64,000 nt of DNA from Octopus bimaculoides. Taxonomy: Eukaryota. Below are positions 1-12,919 of the stretch, piece after piece. Position numbers and translations under genes: made by a program. The DNA is taken from assembly GCF_001194135.2 (NCBI RefSeq), contig NC_068982.1:30105644-30169643 (forward strand). The letters run 5' to 3'. The notes under the pieces were generated by a model. It did no database searches. It saw only the letters and a list, made by a program, of their open reading frames with translations, and was not told the DNA's origin. Within the stretch, counting starts at the first letter, position 1. Each line of letters opens with the position of its first letter.

Positions 1-50
<50 letters not shown>
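1..50. repeat. (TTA)n microsatellite
   Basis: Perfect TTA run directly upstream of the first exon's pyrimidine tract. Confidence 0.95.
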
Positions 51-67
51 TTCTTTCTGTTTTATAG

Positions 68-153
68 TGAGCTGGCTTATCAGATTGGAGAACAGATTGA
101 AGTGTTTGGCAAACCCATTAATGTTCGTGTTACAGTCATCACTGGAGGCATCA
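68..153 (+). CDS. DDX49: Internal exon of a DEAD-box RNA helicase (DDX49/Dbp8-like): end of motif Ia and GG doublet
   Basis: AG at 66-67 after a pyrimidine tract and GTAAGT donor at 154. Translates (R)ELAYQIGEQIEVFGKPINVRVTVITGGI plus 1 nt, matching DDX49-type RELAYQI.EQF.VLGKP...IVGG. Confidence 0.9.
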
Positions 154-190
154 GTAAGTTCCCTTTCTTTTTCTATAGTTTCATATTTAG

Positions 191-600
191 GCGCAGGCAT
201 CGCTGTGTGGTAAGAAGCTTGCTTCCCAACCACATGGTTCCAGGTTCAGTCCCACTGTGTGGCATCTTGGGCAAGTGTCTTCTACTGTAGCCTTGGGCCA
301 ACCAAAGCCTTGTGAGTGGATTTGGTAGACAGAAACTGAAAGAAACCCTTCATATATATATGTATGTATATATGTGTGTATGTATGTTTGTGTCTGTGTT
401 TGTCCCCCCACCATTGCTTGACAACTTATGTTGGTGTGTTTATGACCCCCGTAACTTTTCAGTTTGGCGAAAGAGACCAATAGAATATGTACTAAGCTTA
501 CAAAGAATAAGTCCTGGGGTTGATTTGTTTGACTAAAGGCAGTGCTGCAGCATGGCCACAGTCAAATGACTGAAACCAATAGAAGAATACTTGAAAGAAT
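191..600 (+). mobile_element. tRNA-derived SINE, family A (~400 bp, internal TA/TG microsatellite)
   Basis: A-box-like GCTGTGTGGT and B-box-like GGTTCAGTCCC head; GGGCAAGTGTCTTCT core; ...CAGTCAAATGACTGAAAC tail. More than 12 similar copies in this window. Confidence 0.85.
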
Positions 601-699
601 CAGCATTATATTTGTTCTGTTTTTTTCCTGATTTAGGTTTCATTTATAATTGTTGTAATGGTGAAAACTGTGCCCATCAGTTGAATATTAACTTTTATT

Positions 700-1110
700 A
701 CATATGTAAGTTAACCAGAAGTCCTTGAACTGGCAGATGTCACTAGCATCAAAGTCATACTATTCAAGTCCCATAAGGCATTGGGTAGGGTATGCTTCCA
801 GGATGAAGGATCGTAGCCTGCTCAAGATTGTGCAGCATAGCAAATTCTTCACTAGCCTCATTGTGAGACGGGCACAGATGCAAAAAGTACTTAGGAGTCA
901 CTAATGAAATCTCCCGATGCATGTCACATTGATTATTACCAGTGTTCTGTTATAGTCTCACCAGTTTTTTTTCTTTGAAAATACACTCACAATTTCCTCT
1001 TAGCCATGGGGCTCTTTACTCTTGCAAGACTAGCCGTGGTCTTTCATCTGTCTACTTTGGGTTTCAAGACCAGTAATCATGATTGCTAGGGATAAGATGA
1101 CCGACAGCTT
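700..1110 (+). mobile_element. Degenerate RTE-type LINE 3' fragment
   Basis: Broken translation resembling W.GHVSRMKDRSL.KIV of RTE reverse-transcriptase C-termini; many stops and frameshifts. Confidence 0.4.
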
Positions 1111-1194
1111 TTTTAGCCTCAAATGAAAGTACATTTTTATAGCTTCGCATTCTTTTGGACAAGACTTCTTCCAAAGATTACACAGTTCTCTAGC

Positions 1195-1670
1195 AATATG
1201 ACTCAGTTATAGAATATGTAGTATATGAGCCAATGAGAGAATGTGTGGTATACAAGCCATTGGAGGTACATGTAGAATATAAGCCAGTGAGTGAACATGT
1301 GGTATATGAGCTAGTTAGAATACATTTAGCAAATGAACCAGTGAGGAAAAATGTAATATATGAGTCAGTGGTGGCAGGTGGCATGTATACCAGCCAGTGA
1401 GTGTATATGTAGTAAATAAACCCAGTGAGCAAACATGTAACAAATGAGCCAGTGATGAAACATTTAGTATATAAGACAGTGAGGGAATATGTTGTATACC
1501 AGTCTGGGGTGGAGGTTACAAGTATTTGAGTCAGTGAAGGAACATGTAGCATACAAGACTGTAAGGGAACATCTAGTAAATAAGTGCAGTGAGCAAACAT
1601 GTAACAAATGAACATGTACATATAACAATGAGGAAACATGTAGCATATAAGCCAGTGTGGGAACATCTTA
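1195..1670. repeat. Degenerate 27-bp tandem minisatellite, about 17-18 units
   Basis: Recurrent unit approximately GAACATGTAGTATATGAGCCAGTGAGG at ~27-bp spacing. Confidence 0.85.
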
Positions 1671-2793
1671 GTGGTTGCTTGAAATAGGAGCCAAATATTG
1701 CACCAATTACTCTCTGTCGTTATAAAATGAAAAATAAAAAAGAATAGATAAGCTGGTTATGGCTGGAACACCTTTGGTTTGCTCGATCGGAGCCAATCTA
1801 GAGCTACACAACAACAGTAACAAGAACAACACCACCAGTAATTGTAATGTGTGGTGACATTTTGTGTCAATAGTGATGTGTTAGTCAATTGTTGTTGTAA
1901 TTATTTGTAGAAAGGTCATGGCTAAGAGCGAGATGTATTTGTCTGTAATTAGTATTGGGAAGCATTCATATTTCCAATGTTTGCAAACAATAGAAACAGT
2001 TCTGTGCTTGCTGAATTATCTAAATACAGCTATAGTAATCACATGAGTGATGTTGTACACAAGTTTTAATTGTATGATTTTATTTTGTCTGCTGATCAAA
2101 AATTAAGCTCTTCAACACAGCTGTTTGTCATGAATTTACCTGCACAATTACAAAGCAATCGTTATAACTGCCCTTTAATTCTGATATTTTCCTCCTTTTT
2201 TTTTATTGTTTAAATTTAAATTTTTATTTTTGTCATTTCATTAACATGTAAATGCTAACATCTGTTGCAATTTATTTTGTACCTGTCGATGAATGTAAAA
2301 TCAAATATAATGTTGGAATGGAATTAAAATAATCAAAATAATTTAACATTTAAATGAGCTATCTAAATTTTTGGGGAAGCTTAAACTTATGTTTTGTAAC
2401 TGTTATTTTAGCATTTGCTTTGAAAATGTGATGTGATGAATACAAAAGGGTATAGAGAAATAGTTGATATTTGAAACAGTAGAATAATTTGCTTAGAATA
2501 CATAAATCTCACCATACAAACACTCACATATGCATGAATATTTAATGAAAGCAATTTCCAACTGCTTCTCAAAAGAAGAAGGAAATAGGAAAAAAAAAAG
2601 AAAAATATTCAGTGGCAAAATTCTAATTGCAACATTCTTCCATTCATCCTGAGAATGAGAATGTTTTTTTTTTTTTTATTTATTTTCTTTCCTTTGCGAA
2701 AATAAGAAATAGAAGAAAATGCTAAGAAATGAGTTATGGCTCTCATACTTTGTTACTTGCCGTTACCACTGTTTCATTGTTGTCCTCCTCCTC

Positions 2794-2831
2794 ATCACCA
2801 CTCACCATCATCATCATCATCATCATCATCG
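2794..2831. repeat. (CAT)n microsatellite
   Basis: CAT/CAC trinucleotide run; source of the poly-His/Ser/Ile ORFs in the track. Confidence 0.9.
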
Positions 2832-3018
2832 CTACCACCATCAGTGCTATCATTTTCCTTCTTTTTCAGAACATCACCATCCTTCTGTTCTGCTATCATA
2901 ATTCCCTTTCTCTATCATCAACATTTCAGTTTATTTAATAAAAATTTTATTATTTTTCCATCCTTTTTAAATCATATTTTCTAAAGTGTTTGTGGTAAGT
3001 AGCTTGCTTACGAACCAC

Positions 3019-3475
3019 NNNNNNNNNNNNNNNNNNNNNNNNNNNNNNNNNNNNNNNNNNNNNNNNNNNNNNNNNNNNNNNNNNNNNNNNNNNNNNNNNN
3101 NNNNNNNNNNNNNNNNNNNNNNNNNNNNNNNNNNNNNNNNNNNNNNNNNNNNNNNNNNNNNNNNNNNNNNNNNNNNNNNNNNNNNNNNNNNNNNNNNNNN
3201 NNNNNNNNNNNNNNNNNNNNNNNNNNNNNNNNNNNNNNNNNNNNNNNNNNNNNNNNNNNNNNNNNNNNNNNNNNNNNNNNNNNNNNNNNNNNNNNNNNNN
3301 NNNNNNNNNNNNNNNNNNNNNNNNNNNNNNNNNNNNNNNNNNNNNNNNNNNNNNNNNNNNNNNNNNNNNNNNNNNNNNNNNNNNNNNNNNNNNNNNNNNN
3401 NNNNNNNNNNNNNNNNNNNNNNNNNNNNNNNNNNNNNNNNNNNNNNNNNNNNNNNNNNNNNNNNNNNNNNNNNNN
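3019..3475. other. Assembly gap
   Basis: N run. Other gaps: 5206-5419, 7894-8037, 10822-10991, 19774-20526, 21827-22802, 44512-44552, 45784-45861, 61280-62193. Confidence 1.
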
Positions 3476-4084
3476 TGTATCTTCAGTTTCATTGAAGATA
3501 TTGCACTTAAAGCAAAATAAAAATAAAAAAAACAAAAAAAAAAAAATCACTGCTAGCGCTGTGAATAATTGCACTCAAATATATTTCAATAATGATTTTT
3601 TTTTTTTTTTGCCTTCTCTGCTCAGTTTATATTTCTTACTAATAAAATAGGAGTTTCCAATTTTCTTATTTTAGTGGACTTAAGTTTTGGACACAATACT
3701 CTGTAGTATTTGTTCTGACTTTGTGTGCTTGGATTCAAATTCAGCTGAGGTCAACTTTGCCTTTCATCTTTGGGGTTGATAAAAGGATGTAGCAATGACC
3801 GGTGTTGGATTGGCAGAGCTGTTAGAACAGCAGACATCTTATGGTAAGAACAGCAGACAAAATATCTTATGGTATCTGCTCTGGTCTTTTATGTTCTGTT
3901 AATGTAGACTTATTCCATTGCCTGTTTCAACACCACCACTTGATGTTTTGGGTGGTTTTAGAAGAATTTACTTTGTTGTAAACAATTAGCCTAGGTCTCT
4001 GGTTTTAGGATAACTTACTGTCTTTCTACTTCAGAGTCTGGAGGATGGGAAAAGTCAGAGAGAGAAAAAACATCCTCCTTTGAC

Positions 4085-4314
4085 TAAGTGGTTAAAATAA
4101 CTAATAAAGAAACATTTTTGCTTGTTGTTAACACAACATTTCGGCTGACATACCCTCGAGCCTTCATCAGGTGCCCTGGGGAAATTTCGTACCTGGGTTC
4201 TCATTCCTAAGGTATTTTTTGATATTATTATTATTATTATTCAGGTCACTGCCTGGAATCGATCTCAGAATCTTGGGGTTAGTAGCCCATGCTCTTAACC
4301 ACTACGCCACATGC
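4085..4314 (-). mobile_element. tRNA-headed SINE-like element with an (AAT)n linker and a 3' hammerhead motif
   Basis: On the minus strand: TGGCGTAGTGG A-box (4309-4299), GAGATCGATTCC B-box-like (4266-4255), (AAT)n at ~4241-4223, then the hammerhead core at 4174-4131. Confidence 0.7.
4131..4174 (-). ncRNA. Minimal type-I hammerhead ribozyme motif (probably decayed copy)
   Basis: GCAC-CUGAUGA-A-GGCU(12 nt)AGCC-GAAA-UG-UU-GUGU. Core intact; stem I GCAC/GUGU; stem II GGCU/AGCC; stem III AUGU is one CpG transition from palindromic ACGU. Confidence 0.65.
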
Positions 4315-4479
4315 ACGTCAAATGTAAATAATGTAAATAATTCCTCATCTCTTAAATATAGAACTGTATGAAATATTTTTGCTGCCATACAGTGTGCTTT
4401 TAGTGTGATTATGTATGGAGACAAAGTCTTCTTTGAGGGTGGATAAGATCTGAAACCATCAAGCAAGAGAGATAACTTC

Positions 4480-4800
4480 AATCTTAATCTTAATTTCTGC
4501 TATAGTTGGCCTAACCATTGAGCAACAAGACATCTCCACTAATGCTGGTTTTGAGCATTATTACTTTCATCTTCCTAGGTGATGCTAAGTTGTGGCAAAT
4601 CTTGTTTGAAGGTCTTCTTGGATCTCCCTCTCTTTATCCATCTCTGTGGTGGTACCCTTTGTGTAGCTCTCTTGGGTATTTGCAAGTCTTACTCATCTTT
4701 CTGCCACAATCCTCCTCTGTCGACAGCACATTTTGCCTCTTTTCTGAGTTTGTGATTCTGTCATAAGTAATCTTGAGTATTCTGGTTAGACACCGTTGCT
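4480..4800 (-). mobile_element. RTE-type LINE 3' fragment
   Basis: Minus strand reads brokenly as ...PPQR.-.R.GRPRRP..QTICH.LA...AQN..LWRCLVAQ, typical of an RTE tail. Confidence 0.45.
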
Positions 4801-4917
4801 AGAATACATTAAAACACTGATTGATCTTGGCAGTCATTTTCCAAGTTTCTCCTGCATACAGACGGTGGTAGATCTGATGACTTCATCGAGTCATCAAATG
4901 TAATGTGTGTGCTTATA

Positions 4918-5575
4918 TTTCTTTTATTCTTTTACTTGTCTCAGTCATTTGACTGCAGCCATGCTAGAGTACTGTCTTGGAATGTTTTAGTCAAGCAAAT
5001 CGACCCAAGGACTTATTTTTTTGAAGCTGAGTACTTATTCTGTTGGTGTCTTCTGCTGAACCACTAAGTTATGGGGATGTAAATACACCAATACTAGTTG
5101 GCAACTGGTGATGAGGGGACAAGCACAGATACGCACACATACATTTATATATATATATGTAAAAAAACCTGTTGTGTGTGTTTATATATATATATATATA
5201 TATATNNNNNNNNNNNNNNNNNNNNNNNNNNNNNNNNNNNNNNNNNNNNNNNNNNNNNNNNNNNNNNNNNNNNNNNNNNNNNNNNNNNNNNNNNNNNNNN
5301 NNNNNNNNNNNNNNNNNNNNNNNNNNNNNNNNNNNNNNNNNNNNNNNNNNNNNNNNNNNNNNNNNNNNNNNNNNNNNNNNNNNNNNNNNNNNNNNNNNNN
5401 NNNNNNNNNNNNNNNNNNNAGATAGCTAGATAGATATATGTGACAGGCTTCTTTCAGTCTCTATCTACCAAATCCACTCCCAGAGCTTTGGTCAGCCTGA
5501 GGCTATAGTAGAGAACACTTGCCCAAGGTGCCATGTGGTTGGGAAACAAGCTTCTACCACACAGCCACACCTTTG
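4918..5575 (-). mobile_element. SINE family A copy (gap inside its microsatellite)
   Basis: Reverse complement of the 191-600 element on both sides of gap 5206-5419. Confidence 0.8.
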
Positions 5576-6490
5576 CCTTTATTGGTCAATAAGAAATTTT
5601 AATCTTTAATAATATTTAATTAGTTTTAATTAGTTCTTTCAATGAAAATTTCATAAGAAAGCTTAATATGACCATCTTTGATAATAGTGTGTCACTTTTA
5701 TTTTGTCAAACGGCAGCTGGTATCACCTTGTTTGGTGAGAACGGAAGAATTATTTTATTTTACTATTAGTGCTATGCTAGAAACACACAGTAATTCTTTG
5801 AGACATTCTTTAATGTTATTAAGATGTTGTTATTTTTGTTGTTTATTTTTGTTTTGCATGGAATTATTTTAAGATTGTAAAGAAGGTACTTTCGAATTAA
5901 AAGTACATTCCATGTATGGTTTCTATCCATCCAATTTTAATGACAAACTGTGTGCTGACTCATGGCTATAGAAAATTACATTTGCTCAAGGTTCCAGGCA
6001 GTGAGCTTTGAGTTAGAAAGCTAATTTGTGTGTGTGTGTGTGTGTGTACAGAAATTCTTTTGGATAGGCAACAGTACTAGCATTACCAGAGTAGTTGTCT
6101 TGTTTACTGAGAAATCAACATATAAGCTCAGTTGAAGTAGTTAGAATATGTAATACAGTAATTAAGCATAGATAAATCCTAAGCAGTACAACTGTTACCA
6201 TGATCTCTGTTTATGTGCCACTGTCAACACTGACTGATGGTTATAGAAACAGTTTTTGTACTAAGTGAAGGCCTTTGTCACTGATGACAAATGGTTCATG
6301 AGAGCTATACAAGCCAGGTTCAGTTGTACAGTCAGCAGTGTGAGATCTATCAATGAGCTCAGAGAAGAATTGAACATACATATCAGTATCTATCAGAGCT
6401 TAGTCCTCTTATCATCATCATCATTGTTTAACGTCTGCCTCCTATGCTGGCATTGGTTGGATGGATTGATAGGAGTCGGCCATATAACTG

Positions 6491-6527
<37 letters not shown>

Positions 6528-6534
6528 AAATAAG

Positions 6535-6885
6535 GGTTAAGGACCCCCTTCAGTCATGAATGACTGTGGGATTGCACCTAGAAACTTCCCTTCTGAAGCA
6601 CAAGTCCAGGCAAGGTTGTTTATGGCATACCAGCAGTCACCCATGCATACCAGCCTCTTGTCTCCACATCACTGATGTTATCCAAGGGAAAGGCAAAGAT
6701 TGGTGCAGCTTGGCATGGCATCAGTGACATTACAACTCCTTTCTACAGCTGAGTGAACTGGAACAATGTGAAATAAAGTGTCTTGCTCAAGGCTCAAGAA
6801 CACAGCACACAGCCTGGTCCAAGAATCACACTCACTACCTCATAGTTTTGAGCCTGATGCTTTAACCATTGAACCATGTGCCTAC
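6535..6885 (-). mobile_element. tRNA-derived SINE, family D
   Basis: Reverse complement of the 35910-36245 element; shared CTTGAGCAAGACACTTTATT-type central domain. Confidence 0.7.
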
Positions 6886-7798
6886 ATGCACATATATATA
6901 TATATAGGACAAATATTAAATATAAGCATGTTAATAGTGTCTATGTCTATACTATTGAGTTTCTTTGTCCTGTTAGGTACTTAAAAATTCCCTGTTGCAT
7001 TTTAGAGAGCTTTGGAAGTTGTAGATTTTCCAGCATCTGACATTCTTCACATGGTTAAAAACATCTTGTTTTGAATAGTTCTCTATCTTTGTTAGAGAAT
7101 ACTTCCTTACATATTCAAATGAAGTTAAATTTGGTTTTTACAATTCAAAACTTATTATCTGGAAGGTTAGTTGGTATTCGGTTACGAAAGTAATTAGCCT
7201 ACCATCTTAATCTTATATGAAATATCTTTGAGAGAATATCAAGATTTTCATAATATTTTCTGAAATGGGATATTTTTGATAGAAAATTCAACTAGTGATG
7301 TTCTATATTCAGCTATTGTTAATCTGGCTCTGTCTGTAAGCATGTATATAAAATTTCATATACTTTTTAAAGTTATTTATTTTTTATACTTACTTTTTTA
7401 TCCCTTCATGATTTTAGTTAACATTAAGGGTGGTCAAATCCCTGCGCTTAGGATGTAGCACCTTAATTGATATGAAACAACACATCCTGATTTTCATTGA
7501 TGAATCCAAGCAAATTTTGGGCTTCTGTGTGTTGTGTATATAAAGAGAAAATCTTCTATGTATACTTGAGTTGAATTGTTGGTGTAATCATGATGTAACT
7601 GTTGGTGATCTCATGAGGTAACTCTCTCTCTATTTGCATTGATTTGGAAATATACAATTGCATTGTAGAATGCATAGCATGCAAACATGTAGACATAATA
7701 ATCAATTTCCACACTGAAAGTATTTCTACATGAAGAAGGCTGCAACAAAATTGCCATGTTTTCTATATAGGTAGATATGTTGCCGAAAAATATTCATG

Positions 7799-7829
<31 letters not shown>

Positions 7830-8589
7830 TAGTGCTTATATATCATCATCGTTTAATGTCTGCTCTTCATGCTGGTACGGGTTGGATGGTTCANNNNNNN
7901 NNNNNNNNNNNNNNNNNNNNNNNNNNNNNNNNNNNNNNNNNNNNNNNNNNNNNNNNNNNNNNNNNNNNNNNNNNNNNNNNNNNNNNNNNNNNNNNNNNNN
8001 NNNNNNNNNNNNNNNNNNNNNNNNNNNNNNNNNNNNNTATCATCATCGTTTAATGTCTGCTCTTCATGCTGGTACGGGTTGGATGGTTCAACAGGGAGCT
8101 GTCCAAACTCCAACTTCTTCATGCCAACCATGTAACAGAATGTGCTGGGTGCTTTTTATGTGCCACCAGCAGCACTGGCATGGGTGCATTATGTTTTTTA
8201 TTTTGGTTGAGGCAGGCCTTGCTACTCTGACTTTTTCCTGTGGATTTTGAGAGTATTCACATCTACAGGTGAAACTCAGAGCAGCAAGAGTCTGACTCAG
8301 AATAAAAACATTAACTTCTATTATGGTGTTGAGTACTTTTTCTTCTGACTATTAACACTAAATAAATGTGTGTGTATGTGTGTGCGCACACATACACACA
8401 CGTACACACAAAACTGTTCTCTACCTTTTCTCATACCATTAATTAATCCTCCACCTCTTGGAGGTTTGAACGTAAAACACCATCAAACAAGAAGAAGAAG
8501 AAACATTTTCTTTGAAATTGTTAGACCATAATTTCTCACCTGATCTTTCTTGAGTTTCCTAGATATATAGCCAATTGTATAGGTTGAAG

Positions 8590-9010
8590 GACTACCTCAC
8601 ATGTGAGGCCATTTTGTATCTTTACTAATTGTCCACAATTTGTCTGTGTATGGAATACTGTTGTATTTGGGCAGGTACACCATCTTATCACTTGGATCGC
8701 CTCAACCATGTTCAGAAGCTAATCTCTAATTTGATTGGTCCTTCTCTTCAGCTCTCCAACAGCAATGTGATATCACCAGTCTTAGTCTTTTCTGTTAGCA
8801 CCACAGGAAGTACTCTGGTGAACTTTCTCTGTTAGTTCCAGATCACTGTGTGCCTTCTCACCGGATTTGAAACTCATACCATCTTCATCCAAATGCTGTT
8901 GTGTTTCCATGAATAAGGAAGTCTTTCTATTGTCATAGCGTTTTTTCTCAAACTACTATACTTTGGAGCTCTCTTCTACCTCATTTTTTTTCACCTTCTC
9001 CTCATGATTT
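8590..9010 (+). mobile_element. CR1/Jockey-group LINE reverse-transcriptase C-terminal fragment
   Basis: Translation CMEYCCIWAGTPSYHLDRLNHVQKLISNLIGPSL matches the EYC..IW.GA...L..L..VQ motif of non-LTR RT tails; frameshifted downstream. Confidence 0.75.
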
Positions 9011-11912
9011 GAACTCTTTCAAGTCTAAATTAATTCCTTTCATCTTAATTTCTCCTTCTTCATGATATTTTACGCTAAATGGCTTTCTGCTGTCTTTGGC
9101 ACTTTTAATTGAAAAAGATTAAAGGTAGAATACTTATGCGAGATATGGTCAGTTTAAACGCTAAAAAGTTAAGCAATCCTGTACCAACCATGAATCCTGT
9201 ATCAGTCCTGTGCTTGGTGTTACAAGTAATTTACAAAATGTAAGTAAATTTATAAAACAATAGGAGAATGTCTGTGGTAATACACTATATTAATCCTCAC
9301 CTATCAGCTTGACAGCCTTTGTGTATTAACTCAGCAATCAATGTAAATAGTAATCTCATTTTAGGCTTGTGTCATATCACTTTGTAACTCCTTTTCTTTA
9401 ATACCTCGTAATCTCCTGTCTTGTTGTCCTTTTGGACTGAGTTGCTTTCAATTACCTCTCAGATTTAATAACCTGAGAGTGACTTCCCTTGTCGTAAGTC
9501 ATATGAAGCCCTCAATTTAATCTTAATTAATGCTTGTGTTAATGTAAGATCAAAATGAGACTTGTGTTAGCGAATGAAAGAAAAAAAACGCTGTCATGCA
9601 TTTCCTTGTGTTTGCATAAGCTTAGATAAACTTAGATATGTTTCGACCAAAGATTGGTCCAGGCCACGTTTAACTTACTAAGTACCACCTGATAGGATTA
9701 TCTAAATCCTTTTTAAGTCATGTTTTGTGATATCATGGTCCATTCGAGTAGGGAGTTCTTGTTGAGTGAGTTGTATCCATGTATAGGTGGCTTATCTGGT
9801 ATTCCTTGAAGAAATTTGTCCAGACTCCGTTTAAAGGTGATGGGATCCAGGCTATCTGTTGCTATGTAACATTGGCTTCAAATTTTGGTTCAAGGCGAGG
9901 ATTTTGTGGGGAGGGTGTAAGTCAATTCCACTGACCACCAATGCTCAACTGTTTGTACTTATGACCATCAGTATTTGAAATCAGAATGTTGTGGACAAAA
10001 ATACTGGTAAGTATTTTGCCCAGCCTACTAACTGTTCTGCCTGCTTGGCACTTGTAATATAATCTGCTTTTGTCATAAACCTTTTTGCAATATGGTAGAC
10101 TGAAGAATGACATGGTTTAACAAAAATAAAAAATAACAGATAAAAGAATAAAAGAGAGAGAAAGAGAGAAAAAGGAAGTATTGCCAACATTGGTTTCAGC
10201 TGACCAAATTAAATATTGTATGTGTGTGTGTGTGTGTGTGTTGTAAGTTAGGTGAGAAGAAGCAGTGTCAACGATGTTTGTAGGACCTTCTAGATTTGTG
10301 AGGTCAATGTGATCTATATACACCCTTGTTCCCAGCCTCAAACATCACCTGTCATTAGTTATTGCCTTGTTAAATAAAAAAAGAGTGTATAAGTGGAGGA
10401 TAATCCTGTTTGTACATCTTGTTCAACACAGTGTTTATATTTGAGATATGTAGCACTTACATATGTATCTCAATCAACAGTTAAACAATCTGCTTGCTGG
10501 GTTTCAGCGTAATTCCTGCTCTGGCATGTTGTGCGCGTTTGGTGTGACATGTGAAATAACTGTCTAAAATCTGCCTATTGAAAAACAGGTGTTAAATGGC
10601 AATATTGATGATGATTAGAGGATGGCATTTGTGATTGTGTTGCTGTTGTTGTTGGTGGTGGTTGTTATAGGAGTGGTAGCGGTGGTGTTTATTAAATCAG
10701 ACTTTAATTACTTATCTCAAAAATTAATTTTAAAGAAATTAAGATGTTTTATTAAAGTGTCAACTTTAATTTGCGGAAACTATAGAAATGAAGATGGTTA
10801 AAAAAAAAGAAAAGAAAAAAANNNNNNNNNNNNNNNNNNNNNNNNNNNNNNNNNNNNNNNNNNNNNNNNNNNNNNNNNNNNNNNNNNNNNNNNNNNNNNN
10901 NNNNNNNNNNNNNNNNNNNNNNNNNNNNNNNNNNNNNNNNNNNNNNNNNNNNNNNNNNNNNNNNNNNNNNNNNNNNNNNNNNNNNNNNNNNACAAGCATA
11001 TAAATTGATTCCAATAAAAATATGAGTGGTACACCTCATGGAAGTATCCTCTTCTTGCCAGCCATCCCTTCCTAGTTATCTATAATAAAGGTGAAGGAAA
11101 AAAAAATAGAAGACAACAATTTTTACTGACAGGCTACATTTGTCATATCTGTTGGGATTCTGATAATTGAAATAAAATAATCCAAGACACTTTCTGTTTC
11201 TCCCTCTCTCTCTTTCCTTTTTTTTTTTCTCTTAGTACACATTGACAAAAAATAAAGGAGAAAAAAAAATATTTCAGAAAAAAAATGACAAAACAATAAA
11301 ATAAGTCCAGTCAATCAAAATGACAGATGTTAAAGCAGCCAAAGAAACCCTTCCTTATCTTGTATAGTGGTGTTTTGTTATTTTTTTTTGTCATTTTATT
11401 ATCTTGTATTTTGTTCATTTAAAATTTTGCTGTCTAGTTTGATTTGACTGGTTTTGGCTTTCTGTAAAGAATAAAGAACTGGGATGATTATAAATAAATG
11501 AGGAATGGTAAGATGAGTAGGTTGGTAGGTAGGTAGGCAGGTAAGGTTACCATTCCCTATTTTTTTTATTTTTAGTATGTCTTTCTGAACATTTTCTTTT
11601 GTATTTTTTTCTTTCCATTTTCCATTTGCTTTTGTTTTATTTTTGTCATATCCACACAACAGAATTCTGTATTCCTCACTTATTTTTTGACACTGTTTCT
11701 GACAAAAGGATTACAAGGAATTAATATCTTCTGCATTTGTTATGGGGATGGGGGACGAAGAAGGACAAAAAGTAAACATTTTTGTCACAATATTAGATGC
11801 TAGTGCACAGCTTCCAGTACTTGATGTTGTTTCTGCCAAAACCAGTCTATATGTGGTTACTCGACTTGTTAGAAATAGTGGCCAAATCTCTGTCCCTCTC
11901 TCAGGTTATATC

Positions 11913-11913
<1 letters not shown>

Positions 11914-11960
<47 letters not shown>
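11914..11960. repeat. (GA)n microsatellite
   Basis: Perfect GA run. Confidence 0.95.
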
Positions 11961-11962
<2 letters not shown>

Positions 11963-12181
11963 CAGGGTTTAAAAAAATTGTGAGCATGCATTAATTAGAT
12001 ACTCTAGCTCTAGTTATGCTATGGTTGAAAGAAGGAGTGGTTACTGCTGGGATGTCATTCACCATTAATGGCTATTTGACAATAACTGACCTCTTGTGGT
12101 TATTCAGCAATATAAACCACAACAAATACTGTCATTTAAAGAATGCAGAGAGATATAGTAAGTTTTGAAAATATGATACTC

Positions 12182-12404
12182 TTTTACTCTGTTATTTGTT
12201 TCAGTCATTTGACTGTGGCCATGCTGGAGTACTGCCTTTAGTCGAGCAAATTGACCCCAGGGCTTATTCTTTGTAAGCCTAGTACTTATTCTGTCGGTCT
12301 CTTTTGCAAAACTGCAAAGTTATGGAGACAGGGACATAAACACACCACCATCGGTTGTCAAGTGATGTTGGGAGAGAGACAAACATAGACATACAAACAT
12401 ATAT

Positions 12405-12457
<53 letters not shown>

Positions 12458-12628
12458 CATATATACGACGGTCTTCTTTCAGTTTCTGTCCACCAAATCC
12501 ACTCACAAGGCTTTGGTCGGCCTGAGGCTATGGTAAAAGACACTTGCCCAAGGTGCCACGCAGTGGGACTGAACCCGGAACCTTGTGGTTGGTAAGCAAG
12601 CTACTTACCACACAGCCACTCCTGCACC
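12182..12628 (-). mobile_element. SINE family A, near full length
   Basis: Reverse complement of the family A head, internal (TA)n and tail. Confidence 0.85.
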
Positions 12629-12919
12629 TGTGAAAAACATAATAATAATATTACCCCCCCCCCTGAAAAACATGCATTTTATTATATTAGAAAAGTTTCT
12701 TTTCAGATATTCCAATGAATTTGAAAATTTCATGCTTATGGTAGCACTCTTGATGTTTATCATGATTGCTTAGTAAAATTCATTACAGATTTAAATGTTA
12801 ATGTCTTAGAATTTGCAAATGAGAGAGAGAGAGAGATAGAGAGACTAAGTAAGTGAGGGAAGACCATCAACGTTTGGGGTAACTTTGTTTTCATGACGTT
12901 CATGTCACATCTTACAGCC

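Noticed and set aside
102-290. 62-aa ORF MFGKPINVRV...
   Set aside because: Only the first 17 residues are the real exon; the rest is intron and SINE read-through past the donor at 154.
1195-1670. CRISPR-like periodicity
   Set aside because: The whole unit is degenerate with no constant repeat and unique spacer, the context is eukaryotic and there are no cas genes.
7655-7682. TTGCATTGTAGAATGCATAGCA, resembling miR-33
   Set aside because: Several mismatches to the mature sequence and no supporting precursor hairpin.
7838-8090. Same ~55 bp (TATCATCATCGTTTAATGTCTGCTC...GGTTCA) on both sides of gap 7894-8037
   Set aside because: Most likely overlapping contig ends in the scaffold rather than a real duplication.
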